This document shows positions 1 through 10,660 of a stretch of 39,920 nucleotides of DNA, piece by piece. The stretch's first letter is position 1, and each line of letters begins with the position of its first letter. Source of the DNA: Octopus bimaculoides. Its lineage: Eukaryota. Location of the stretch: contig NC_068987.1 of NCBI RefSeq assembly GCF_001194135.2, positions 37,592,893 to 37,632,812 on the forward strand. Direction: 5' to 3'. The notes under the pieces are model-generated. The model ran no database searches and was not told the DNA's origin. It saw only the letters and a program-made list of their open reading frames with translations. A program made the translations under genes and the position numbers.

Positions 1-391
1 TTGATTTCTTGTTTGTATTTGTCAGCTTCCTTAAATACTGGAAACAGTTTTTTGTTTTGCTCGTGTTTTGTGGCTATTTGTATTAGTTTCCCTTGCTTCT
101 GGAGTAGGTATTTTTGCAGTCCTATGGTGATTATTTTATAATATTTTCCAGCTGTATAAGACCCCTGCCACCTTCTGTGTGTTGTATATATAGCCTTTCT
201 ATGTCAGATTTTGGGTGGTGCATCCTATATCCTGTCATTATTTTTTTTGTTTCTCTGTCTATTTTAGATAGTTCGTTTAGTGTCCAGTTAAGGATATTGT
301 AGCTGTAGCTTATAACTGGGACAGCTAAAGTGTTAATACCTTTTATCTTGTTTTTAGCATTGAGCTCTGTTTTTAGTATTGGTCTAACTCG
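1..391 (-). mobile_element. R4/Dong-clade non-LTR retrotransposon, post-RT (thumb) fragment; 5'-truncated, runs off the window edge
   Basis: Manual minus-strand translation from 391: RVRPILKTELNAKNKIKGINTLAVPVISYSYNILNWTLNELSKIDRETKKIMTGYRMHHPKSDIERLYIQHTEGGRGLIQLE. HPKSDI.RLY...EGGRGL is typical of R4/Dong ORFs. Starts directly after a (TAA)n tract. Confidence 0.85.
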
Positions 392-447
392 TTATTATTA
401 TTATTATCATTATTATTATTGTTGTTGTTGTTATTATTATTATTATT

Positions 448-630
448 GCCTTTGCACAGCTTCTAACACTGGAGATGTATTACAGTGTCAGATATTCACT
501 ACCAGTGAACTAAGGTAACACCTCTTATTTTTCGAGCACCTTCCACAGTATTCGAGCGGTTCCAAGCAGTGCTGTTTTCTGCAAGTGCTCCACCCTTATT
601 GCAGCCCCTATTTGTTTCACGTATTTCTTC
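448..630 (-). mobile_element. R4/Dong 3' end (C-terminus of restriction-like endonuclease, 3'UTR and TAA tail)
   Basis: Minus strand reads KKYVKQIGAAIRVEHLQKTALLGTARILWKVLE, then a short UTR and (AAT)n; flanked by TTA repeats on both sides. Confidence 0.85.
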
Positions 631-667
631 TTATTATTATTAGTAGTAGTAATATTAGTATTGTTAA

Positions 668-885
668 GGCGGCGAGCTGGCAGAAACGTTAACACGCCGG
701 ACGAAATGCTTAATGGTATTTCGTCTGTCCTTACATTCTGAATTCTAATTCCGCCGTGGTCGACTTTGCCTTGCCATTCATCCTTTCGGGGAAGTTAAAT
801 TAAGTACCAGTTACGTACTGGGGACGGATCTAATCGACTGGCCACTTCCCCAAAAATTTCGGGCCTTGTGCCTCGGGTAGAAAAG
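668..885 (+). mobile_element. tRNA-derived SINE, family A (GGCGGCGAGCTGGCAG head, CATCCTTTCGGGG...TAAGTACCAG core, (ATT)n tail)
   Basis: Homologous copies at 17537-17718, 22530-22705, 22725-22936 and 33785-33996; better copies carry a B-box-like GTTCAAATTCC. Confidence 0.85.

Positions 886-936
<51 letters not shown>
886..936. repeat. (ATT)n microsatellite (SINE tail / insertion target)
   Basis: Direct reading. Confidence 0.95.
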
Positions 937-1493
937 GAGTGAGAGAGCAGTCCTTGCCATCAAAGTGACACTGGTGTAAAATATATGAAGCCCATTATAC
1001 CCATCATGACTACCAGTCTGGTAAGAGTACACCAGGCACATGCATCACAACCATATGTGCGCGACATGGTGGTCTCATATCAAGATAAACAGCGCATAAC
1101 CACGCAGGTGGGGCCCAGTTAGAATTTTCTTCAGGTCGAGTAGCCCATCCTGCTCAAAAGGTCCCTGAATAAGGTTTGTTTTAGGATTTTGAGAAAAATA
1201 CCAATGTTTCCAAAGGTGAAATATTCAAACCCCAAAGAATTCCTTTCAACACATGGCTATGATGCTCCCCCACTACTTCTGCTCATGATTAGAAATGCAC
1301 ATATCGTCAACCGCTAAGGGTCATGCTCAACTGGTTAAGGTCAAGCAACTGACAAGCAAATCTGTGGTATTAAGCAGAATATTTGCTGTAGCCCATCTTT
1401 TATACCAAGACAAAACAATGTACATGATAACACTTCCAATGAATTAAGATCAGAAGCCATGAGAGCCACTGCCTGGTACTGCATCCGGGCATC
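937..1493 (-). mobile_element. ~560-bp non-coding interspersed repeat in TAA tracts, copy 1 (most complete)
   Basis: GAGTGAGAGAGCAG...GCCTGGTACTGCATCCGGGCATC; homologous to 1586-2135, 4033-4498 and (inverted) 16902-17393; (ATT)n on both sides. Strand inferred from the shared end and AAT tail. Confidence 0.8.

Positions 1494-1571
<78 letters not shown>
1494..1571. repeat. (ATT)n microsatellite
   Basis: Direct reading. Confidence 0.95.
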
Positions 1572-1573
<2 letters not shown>

Positions 1574-1585
1574 ATTCATATTATG

Positions 1586-2135
1586 GAGTGACAGAGCAAT
1601 ACATATCACTAGAGCGACACTAGACAAAAATATGCGAAATCTGATATATTAATCATGACTACTTGTCTGATAAGGGTACATCCGGCACATGCATCAAATC
1701 TATATGTGCGCAGTATGGTGATATATCTTGATATATCACCACATCAAAATATATCTTGATATAGCGATATATCAACATAAAAAGCTCATGACTTTGCAGG
1801 TAGGGCCCAGTTAGAATTTTCTTCAGGTTGAGAAGCCCATTCCGCTCAAAAGGCCCCTAAATTAGGGTTCTTTAGGGATGATGAACAAAACACACGTGTT
1901 TCCAGATGTGAATTATTCAAACCCCAAAGAATTCCTCTCAAAACATGGCTATGATGCTCCCCACTACCTCAGCTCGTGATTAGAGATGCACATATCGTCA
2001 GCTACTGAGCTACATATGCTCAACTGTTACTGTAACCCATCTTTTATATCAAGATGAAACATGTACATGATAACACTTCCAGTCAGTTAAGATCAGAAAC
2101 CATAAGAGCCACTGCCTGGTACTGCATCTGGACAT
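1586..2135 (-). mobile_element. ~560-bp TAA-associated repeat, copy 2 (more diverged, with an internal AT-rich duplication and a deletion)
   Basis: Colinear with 937-1493 (GGGCCCAGTTAGAATTTTCTTCAGGT, AACCCCAAAGAATTCC, GAGCCACTGCCTGGTACTGCATC). Confidence 0.8.
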
Positions 2136-2203
2136 TTTATTATTATTATTATTATTATCATTTTATGTTTGACTTTTGCTTTGCATTTTTATTATTATTA
2201 TTA

Positions 2204-2274
<71 letters not shown>

Positions 2275-2305
2275 GTTGTTGTTGTTGTTGTTGTTGTTAT
2301 TATTG
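2136..2305. repeat. compound (ATT)n/(GTT)n microsatellite
   Basis: Direct reading. Confidence 0.95.
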
Positions 2306-2311
2306 TTTTTG

Positions 2312-4004
2312 TTTTTTACTTTTAATCTGTATGTTTGTTGCAATTTCTTTCTAGCTTTTACTTCATTTAGAACTGCTTATAATAGATCATGCGTTCCTCT
2401 CGCCTTCTTGCAATCTTTCTGTTCTTGTGGCAGTAAATTCTGGTTGTCCAGGTGCTCGTAAATGCTTTCTAAAAGCATTCCTCTTAACAGCTTCCACACT
2501 AATGGTAAGCAAATGATTGGTCTACAATTGCTAGCTGTATTACCCTTGCTCTTATCTTTCATAAGAAGTATTGTTCTTCCTCTAGTCATCCAATCCTGTA
2601 TTATTCCGTCATTCAGGCAATCCTGAAGTTGTTCCCTCAGCCTCCTATGTAAACTATTAAATTTCTTTAGCCAGTACCCTTGAACTAAATTTGGTCCTGA
2701 GACCTTCCATTTCGGCATTTTTCCCAACACTACTTATTAGTGCACTAGTTAGTCTGAGATCTGGCTACTTCTCACTCACTACTTCTTCCTTTACTTTCTT
2801 TAACCACACTGCATCTCCATTATGACTGACTGGCTTATCTCAAAATTTACTCCAGCACTTTCTATTTTCTTCTGCATTAAGTATCTTATCTTCAGTAGTT
2901 TCTTCTCCCCTATTTATTTGGCTATAAAATCTCCTCTGGTTTGTCTCAAATAATCTACTCTGTTGATATTGATCTATTTTTTCTGATATCTGGAGAGCTT
3001 ACCTGCTACTGCTATGATATGCTGTTTCAACTCTTTTATAACTGTCCCAAGTCCTTTCTCATTGACTAAGTATCTTTTTCCAAGAGAAGATTTAAATTTT
3101 GTGTTTTCTGAATTGTTCAGTTTCCAGGCTTCTCTTCTATTCAGATCTTGTCTTAACGTCTTTACTTTATTTTGTAACCTCCTTTTCCTCATTTCATCTT
3201 TTCTAATCTTTCCTTGTGGAATATCTAATCTTCTAGTGACTACTACCACGCCTGCATAGATCAATAGGTTAGTGTCTCCTATATTTTTAGTATCTTCCCT
3301 ACTGATAACAGAATCTGCTTTCCTAGTCATATCTAGAAGCTTCTTTGTTGGTACCTTTTACTGCTGGCAATCTTTTCTTACTTCTTTACTCATTACTTCC
3401 TGCAATTCACCTAAAATCTTCTGATCTTCCTCACTTAAATCACTTAAGTCGCTGGTGCCATTTGTCCCTTATTAGTAGCGCTATTATTATTTTTCCTGTA
3501 GGTTCTTCTTTTGCTTGTGCTATATCTCTTGTGTTGTTGTTTGTCTTTCCTACTGCCTGTATTTTCTTTTTCAATTCTCTTGTGATCTTCTCCACCTCCA
3601 ATTTTGTCATCTACTTCTACTCCTAATAGCATTAGCTTGATTAACTAGTCTCTTCTCAGTCACTTTTAACATACCCTTCGCTACCCAAAGTGTTAATATC
3701 CGTTTTCTATAGCCCCTTCTTTTAGGTTCACTTTCTAAGTAGCCAGGCATCACTATACTGTTTTCTTCACTGGTCCACTTCCTCCTCCTTGCTCTATTAT
3801 CTGCTGATGCTGTATTAGGATAACAGCCGTGGTCATTCTGCATCTTTAGTGAAGCACTGCCGAGTGAGAGGCCTTCCTTTAATGGTCCAGCATCATTTTC
3901 ACTGTTACAAGCAGAGTTTCTTCGGAAACTCCTGTCTCTCATAAACTAGCGTAAGGTAACGTTCGTCATCATCGTCATCACCACTGCTATTTTTCGATAT
4001 GTGA
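2312..4004 (-). mobile_element. R4/Dong element, 5' half (N-terminal domain to start of RT); decayed and 3'-truncated
   Basis: ORF 3607-3942 has RRRKWTSEENSIVMPGYLESEPKRRGYRKR..LW...VTEKRLVNQANAIR (Dong-type N-terminus). ORF 2377-2730 has GRTILLMKDKSKGNTASNCRPIICLPLVWKLL..IYEHL..NLLPQEQK (early RT motifs). Multiple stops and frameshifts. Confidence 0.85.
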
Positions 4005-4032
4005 AAGTTTCATTATTGTTGTTGTTGTTGTT

Positions 4033-4498
4033 GAGTAAGAGAGCAATGCATGCCATCAAAGTGACACTGGGGTACAAATATACGAAGTTCAATATACCCA
4101 TCATGACTACCCGTCTGATAAGGGTACACCAGGCACTTGCATCACAACCATATGTGCGCATGACTTTGCAGGTGAGGCTCAGTTAGAACTTTCTTCTGGT
4201 TGAGTAGCCCATCCCGCCCAAAAGGTCCCTAAATGAGGGTTGTTTAGAGATGATGAACAAAACACCCATGATTCTAGAGGTGAATTATTCAAACCACAAA
4301 GAATTTCTCTCAAAAAATGGCTCTGATGCTCCCCACTACTCCCGCTTGTGATCAGAGATGCACATATTGTCAGCCACTAAGGGACATATGCTCAACTGGT
4401 TAAGGTGAAACAACTGATTAGGAAATCTGTAGTATTGAGCAGAATATTTGCTGTAGTCCACCTTTTATACACATACCAACACGTGCATGATAGCACTT
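4033..4498 (-). mobile_element. ~560-bp TAA-associated repeat, copy 3 (shortened at the inferred 5' end)
   Basis: GAGTAAGAGAGCAATGCATGCCATCAAAGTGACACTGGGGT...; colinear with copy 1; flanked by (GTT)n and (ATC)n. Confidence 0.8.
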
Positions 4499-4518
4499 AT
4501 CATCATCATCATTATCAT

Positions 4519-4880
4519 TTTATCTGCAGTTTTGTTGGAACTTCTGGAGCCTTGCATGCGTAGCGGGTTTGCTATCTGCAGCCTAAGGTACCATGCAACT
4601 CGTTCTAATCAATTATCTAACATTTTCCTGATGATTCTAGCCGTGCCAAGGAGGCAAACATTTTGTTGTAACAGTTCTACTAGGCATTCTATTCCCATTT
4701 CCTCTATATTCCTCTTGATGCCTTCTGATATTCTCCCTAAGTACTCAACAATAATTGACACTATCTTTACCTTCTTCATTTTCAGCAGTCGAGCTACCTC
4801 GTATTTAAGAGAGTTGTATATGTTTTTTTTACGCCTTCATAAAATTTAATGCATGCAAATATAATCAGTAGGGACATTAT
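4519..4880 (-). mobile_element. R4/Dong 3' fragment (REL endonuclease C-terminus and 3'UTR)
   Basis: Minus translation: YNSLKYEVARLLKMKKVKIVSIIVEYLGRISEGIKRNIEEMGIECLVELLQQNVCLLGTARIIRKMLDN*, followed by UTR and (GAT/AAT)n tail. Confidence 0.8.
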
Positions 4881-4899
4881 CCTGATTGTTCGGGACATC

Positions 4900-5350
4900 T
4901 CAATAATCTCTCAATATCTCAAATCTCAAAAATCTTTCTCAGTGTTCTTGCAGAATACAGGATGACAATACGTGTTTGAAAGTTGTACCGAGTGCACTGA
5001 TTATCAGGGGTGAATATTCACCTTTGGTTCCATAAACTTTTTAACTCTGGCTAGGTCTTGTTATTCCTGAATTTTATCAGTTTCCTTGATATCCACTCTA
5101 CAGCCATATGGGATTACAGGGTGTAATTGAAATTACTCATTTATATTTTAGTTTAGTTTAGATTTTTGGCCTGTTCATGATCATAACTGGTTTTCTTGCT
5201 TCAATAACAAGTAATCTCTATGGAGAAATCCTATAAAGTCCGCTAATTATCATTCACCATCACATCCTCTCAGTCGTATTCATACCGATTTCCCATAATT
5301 TCGGAACCACATATTTATCTAACAATCCAAATCCAGCGCTTATATTTTTA
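4900..5350 (-). mobile_element. older R4/Dong REL-domain fragment (heavily decayed)
   Basis: Frameshifted remnants YKR...RYEYD*EDVMVNDN..DFSIE..IEARKP...VDIKETDKIQE*QDLAR match the Dong pattern YKRRHD..WYEH..ENDN..WDF.IQ..IEARRPD..EKI.KYQDLARE. Confidence 0.65.
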
Positions 5351-5354
5351 TACC

Positions 5355-5570
5355 TTTTACTGTTTCAGTGGTTAGTCTACGGCCATGCTGGGGCAGCACC
5401 ACGCAGAATTTTTATTCAAATGAATCGATCCCAGCACTTATTTTTTTGTTAAGTCTGGTACTTATTCTATCGGACTTTATTGCCGAAACACTAAGTTACG
5501 TGGACATAAACACACCAGCACCGGTTGTCTAGCGGTGGTGGGAGGACAAAAACAAATACAAAGACATACA
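5355..5570 (-). mobile_element. SINE family B, 3' body (CGATAGAATAAGTAC core ... GCATGGCCG...GAAACAGTAAAA tail)
   Basis: Homologous to 18201-18412 and 25800-26000; adjoins (CA)n at about 5570-5638. Confidence 0.8.
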
Positions 5571-5584
5571 CACACATACACACA

Positions 5585-5641
<57 letters not shown>

Positions 5642-5692
5642 GCAAATCGAAACTAAAAACAAACAACAACAGTCAAAAGAACGTACACAGTA

Positions 5693-7305
5693 AATGTATT
5701 AGGTTGACGCTCATTTTAAGATGGAAAAAAAGGGCGATGTGACATTTCGAGCAAGGCTCTTCGTCAGAAAGAATGCACAGAAAAAGTCCAGAGAGAATGA
5801 AATAAGTCCAAGAAAAGCATGAATGTAGTTACATGACTGAAGTGACTGGAGATGAAGACAGATTGAGAAAATGGTTTTTAAAGGCAGAAGAGTAAAAAAG
5901 TGGTCAGTGTGTGCGTGTATTGTTGTACCTGAGTGCGTGCGTGTTTGTGTTTATGTGAGTGATGTATGAGTAAGGGAATGGCACTACGGCCAGGTTAGCA
6001 GCAGTAGTTAGATTTAATGGTGAGTGATGAGGCGACAATTGTGTGAGTGTGTTACTGTGTGTACATATGAGTGTGAGTGCGTGTGTACGAGAGCGTATGT
6101 GAATGTATTTCTGTATGTATGTTTGCGTGTGCATGTGTGTGTGTGTAGATGTGTATGCATATATGTGTGTATGTATATCTGCGCACATGCGTGTGTCTGT
6201 GTGTGAAGGGTTTTTTGTACATGCCAGGATATGGAAACGTGTGTGTATGGGCGGTAGATATGTGTGTAGTATGTGGGGGTGCAAGCTATGGATATGGGTG
6301 TGTGGAAGTGTGTGGAAGATAAATTAAAAATAAAAAATAATTTAAATCAAATAAAAAAAAATTACGATGATAAAATTAAGTTAAATCAAAAACAGTATGT
6401 GGAAGATGTTACTTAAAAGAAGGGGTGTTTAGTCCAGACGGTACATAAGTTAGAAGTGAAATGTAACGCTGTTGAAGGCGAAGTCTGGTGATGGTGGATC
6501 CATGATGCAATATCAGGCCGAAAGCAGTGAGGTGTGAGGCGGAATGGCTGGCAAAGCAAAAATGATGGGATATGGAGGTATTTTTTCGCCGGCGCATTGC
6601 CCATAGATTTTCAGTAAACCCGTCGGCTAACCGACGGCCCGAATGGCAGGCGTATATAAAGTTTCAAGGAGTACATTGGATGCAATAGATAAGGTTGATG
6701 CAAAAGAAAGAGTCCCAGATGTAGATAGTGTGTTGATTAGTTCCATTGAGGGAAGTGATGGTGTTGAACGGACAGGTGTGTTAATGGGGTCTGGAGCAAA
6801 GAAAGGATCCAGGATGGGTGGGAGTGGAAGAGGGGAAGGAGCTACGGATCAGTAAGTTACGTAGGTTACGGGGGCGCTTGAAGGAGGATAGGGGTGGGTT
6901 GGGTAAAACAGGGAGAATGATAGGATTGGATTGGAGACGATGTAAGGCTCGTAGGATTTTCTGAAGAAGGGATAGGGTGGAGGGGTGGAAAAGGAGGGAA
7001 AGACAATGTGGTTGGGAAGCGGGTGTGGAGAGGAAGATCTGAGGCGTACGGGTAAGGGCAGCCTCGACAACAGTGGAGGGGCATCCGCAATGAGTGAACA
7101 GGGAGGATAGGTGTTAAGACTAAGTCTCAATATCCTGGCCACGGTTGTACAGACGTCTGAAACAGAGGAATTGGGGGTAGGTTATGACTCATTTGGCGTG
7201 GAAGAGAAATAGTTGAGATAGAGGTGGGAGCCAGTACGTTTAAAGAAGTTGGAAGTAGTGAGAGTGTGGTCGAAAGGAGCAATGGAGAGGGAGAAGTAAA
7301 AAAAG
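5693..7305 (-). mobile_element. Penelope-like element (RT thumb, linker, GIY-YIG endonuclease, 3' tail); decayed
   Basis: Manual translation: FKRTGSHLYLNYFSS (thumb), LFHPSTLSLLQKILRALHRLQSNP..PNPPLSSFKRPRNLRNLLIRS (linker), IYCIQCT..IY..GRRLADGFTE.L (GIY-YIG-like), then TSISHHFC..SHS..HL..FGL.LHHG. Low-complexity tail with a hammerhead core. Confidence 0.8.
5741..5767 (-). ncRNA. minimal type-I hammerhead ribozyme core in the Penelope-like element terminus
   Basis: Minus strand CTGACGA-A-GAGC-CTT-GCTC-GAAA-T-GTC: conserved boxes, 4-bp helix II and GUC cleavage triplet; helix I is weak (TTT/ACA, one mismatch). Confidence 0.6.
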
Positions 7306-7307
7306 TT

Positions 7308-7440
7308 GACGGGCTTCTTTCAGTTTCCATCTACCAAATCCACTCCTAAGGCTTTGGTTGGCCCATGGCTCTAGTAGAAGGCACTGAACCCAGAACCATG
7401 CGGTTGCGAAGTAAACTTCTTACCACACAGCCACGCGCCT
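7308..7440 (-). mobile_element. SINE family B, tRNA-like 5' head (internally deleted)
   Basis: Minus: GGCGCGTGGCTGTGTGGTAAGAAG...GGTTCAGTGCC...GGAAACTGAAAGAAGCCCGTC (A/B-box-like); homologous to 27481-27651. Confidence 0.85.
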
Positions 7441-7850
7441 TTTCTGCACATTCTGTATTTGCTCTCTGACTGAGTTTTATCAATGTTTGTCTCTGTTTGA
7501 CTCGTTTGAGTGATTTGTTCCTGAGCAGCTATAATCAATGATTCATTTTCTCGTTTCAGGTTTTCTGCTGTCAGCCACAAACTGTGTTCTTCATTTCCAA
7601 CATCAATAGTTGTTTCATGAATTGAACACAGAGTTCTTTGTCTTTCTAGCTGTTTATCATCGATATTTCTAGCCGTAGATAATATTCTTTCCCATTGACA
7701 ACACAGTTTTCCAAAACTCAAAACCGCAGCAATAATAGTGTCTTCTGCATTTAACAAATCTCTGCTTTCTTCGCTTCTTGGTAAGTAGAGCCTGTCGATA
7801 TTACTTTTAGGGTTTTGTGCGTTATGCACTGTGAGCAACATCTTAGTTAT
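7441..7850 (-). mobile_element. R4/Dong fragment (thumb to start of CCHC zinc knuckle), internally deleted
   Basis: ORF 7371-7841: HNAQNPKSNIDRLYLPRSEESRDLLNAEDT...WLTAENLKRENESLIIAAQEQ...NIDKTQSESKYRMC. Confidence 0.8.
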
Positions 7851-8781
7851 TATGATTGTTCTTCTTCCTCTTCTTTTCCTGCTCCTCCTCCAACTTCAAC
7901 CCGTCTTCTCCCTCCACTACATACGGTGCTATGCTTCTTAAACAGTCTTCACATTCCTCTTCCAACTCACTAAATCTTATTTCTCTACTCAACTATGTTC
8001 CTCCATCTCGCCTACTGCCCCGTCCTCCATTTCACATACATACATTCCACCACCACCACAGCCGCCGCCGCCGCCATATCTACCACATTTCTACACCTAC
8101 TTACAGCCTTCCTTCTATTTTTTCCCTCCTGCATTCTTCTCCAAGCCACAAACGGCATTATTAAAAACCATTTTATCGCTCCTTCTTATCTTCGTTCTCT
8201 CTTTCTTTCACTCCTTTCTATCTTTTCTGTACATCTTTCTTCTCTTCTCCCTCTTGACCTGTTTTGTTTTTCTTCCTAGTGTACTTAAATCAAAATATAC
8301 CTGTACACACACACATACACACACACAAAACACACACTCAAATGCACGAAGATGAAGCTTTACACACACACACAAATATATTCACACACACACACACACA
8401 CACACTCATATATATATATATATATATATATANNNNNNNNNNNNNNNNNNNNNNNNNNNNNNNNNNNNNNNNNNNNNNNNNNNNNNNNNNNNNNNNNNNN
8501 NNNNNNNNNNNNNNNNNNNNNNNNNNNNNNNNNNNNNNNNNNNNNNNNNNNNNNNNNNNNNNNNNNNNNAAAGAGAAAGTTCTTGGTACAGTATTATATT
8601 TTTGAAAGAATGAGTAGAATTTTCATTTTAATCTTAATAATAATGTTTACAATGAGTTACTCTGAGTTTCAAGCTTTTCCTAACAGTTTTCAGACTCTTT
8701 TCTTTATCGCCCACAAGGGGCCAACATAGAGAGGACAACACAATGAATGTGGGGAAATAATCGGATGGGGGATGAGTAATA

Positions 8782-8824
<43 letters not shown>

Positions 8825-9569
8825 TAAACAGTAAATAATAAGATACTATAATATGAATAAATGTCATAACAACGAAAGGTAGAATGTCGCCAATCAACCC
8901 CACGTTCGATTGGCTTCATTTAACTTCTCAATTTTACAATTTTTCTTTCTAAGGAATTTTTCTTTTTTAAAACAAATTTTCAACGACTATTCCGTAGTGA
9001 TACAATTTGGCATCACTTACGTATGACGGAAATTCAGTCATATCCAGTTTCACCATGGCCCATCTTATATCATCCTTGTAATCTTGTAGATGCCCCATAT
9101 GCATGGGGTTTGTATGATACATGCCCAAGACCTTGGAAGTATGTCACAGTAAAAAGTGTTGACCCACTTCACATCACACCACTTAACCAATTCGTTTCTC
9201 AGTTCATTGTTTTCCTTATTGAACAAAATAAAACAGGTATTATTATTTGTTTCCAGGCTCGAGGCAGTTTGGAGTTCTTGGGTGTGTGTGTACGTTTCTT
9301 TATTGTCAGGTGGGGAAGGGAGAGGTTCAGTGAGTGCAAGGAGAGGGTGGGGCAAAGAGGGTTTGGGTGAGAGTTTGGTGGGACCAGTCTCTTCGTTTGC
9401 TTTTTGGTTTCTTCTACGCTTTTTCATTATTCCTACCGTTTTCCATTCTTCACTTGTTTCTACTTCAACCTTCTTGTTGACTTCTGCTGGTAGCGGAGGT
9501 GCAGCTTCCGAGCTTTTGCAATTCTCTGCAGGTGGTGGTGGGGGGGGGCAGTTTTACCTAATATGGTCC

Positions 9570-10660
9570 TGAAGACATTTCAGATGTTAAGCGTCCATTC
9601 TCGGTTTTTGCTTTGACCAGGACTACAGCTCTGTCAAAGAGATGTGCCTCACTAATGGTGCTCATACCCGTTCACCTTCTTCGAACCTATTCAGTCTTAG
9701 AGCGACAGCCCATCAGGCATGCCTCACTCGCCACACTGAAGGTACTAAAGACAAATGACCCGCTTGACCAGCGAAATGCGTCCCTTCCACCCGAAGTTGA
9801 ATAACAGACGCCCAAACATCATCAGACGGTAAAGAATAACGGAGACAATGTAGGCAATTACCACCTGCTATTTCTGGGCCAAACTAGCCGTCTGGCTTGT
9901 TACTCTTTCCCAGTTCGCTACATCTGAATACTGGTGTGGAATCAGATCCTGAGCAGTTTAACCAGTCCGTCGTTCCAGTGTTCTAGTCAAATTACAAGTA
10001 ACAATAGTGGGCGCTGTCGAAAGGCTTCGACTAATTCAAACTGATCAGGATCCAACTCACTTCCAGCCCTCTATATGATGTATCGCACACGATCTAGGTT
10101 GCTGTCGAGGGGCCTTGTATCACACACATCTCTTCTTCGCTGACTAGAGCTGACCAGAGCTGAGAGCGAGTACCAAACTTTTCGCAAATACACTGGCCAA
10201 AATCTTAAACCCTGTGTTTATGAGTCAAAAATTGCTTTTGGCCTACTTTGTAACTTTCTTAGCAGCGTTAGCACTCCACGGCTCACAACATTAGAAACTT
10301 TTTCATTTTGTTATCAGTTGCGGTAGCTGTACTGCCAAGAGCTCAAAAATTATATCTGACATGAATTCGTAATCCTCAGAGGATCCAAACTGAGCAATCT
10401 TTACCTTTTACAATCATTCACATTTCAACTGCCGTTATCGGTTTCTTGCTGCACCTTGCGTCTTCTGCCGAGTCTTTGCAGGTCACTACCACTTCCGATC
10501 TATTGCCTTCTCAGAAAAGTCGAGGAAAGTACTGTCAGATAACCTTTTACTTCTGTTCGGTACTGAGTAGCATGAGCCCATATCGGTCCGTCAAAGCTCT
10601 AATTGTCGTTCTGTTGGTACGTCGCATCATCACAACATTGACCAGTCTGACAGTAATAGA
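9570..10660 (-). mobile_element. L1/Tx1-type LINE ORF2 (RT) remnant, heavily deleted
   Basis: Manual translation gives LINTGFKILASVFAKSLVL, NLDRVRYII, WNDGLVKLL and VVIAYIVSVILYRL..LLFNFGWKGRISLVKRVIC, paralleling the element at 11340-15290. Confidence 0.7.

Noticed and set aside
886-2305. CRISPR-like repeat-spacer array
   Set aside because: The repeats are variable-length trinucleotide microsatellites and the spacers are homologous ~560-bp elements, in a eukaryotic context with no cas genes.
2054-2461. ORFs with poly-Leu/Tyr/Asn/Ile runs (also 17289-17840, 37291-37809, 15965-16193)
   Set aside because: Translations of (ATT)n/(AAT)n microsatellites, with no independent coding evidence.
9065-9570. 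ORF 9065-9427 and an upstream partial knuckle-like string (C..DHIR*NCP, WKTV)
   Set aside because: Possibly a LINE ORF1 remnant, but the motif is incomplete and stop-interrupted; too weak to call as either TE or host exon.
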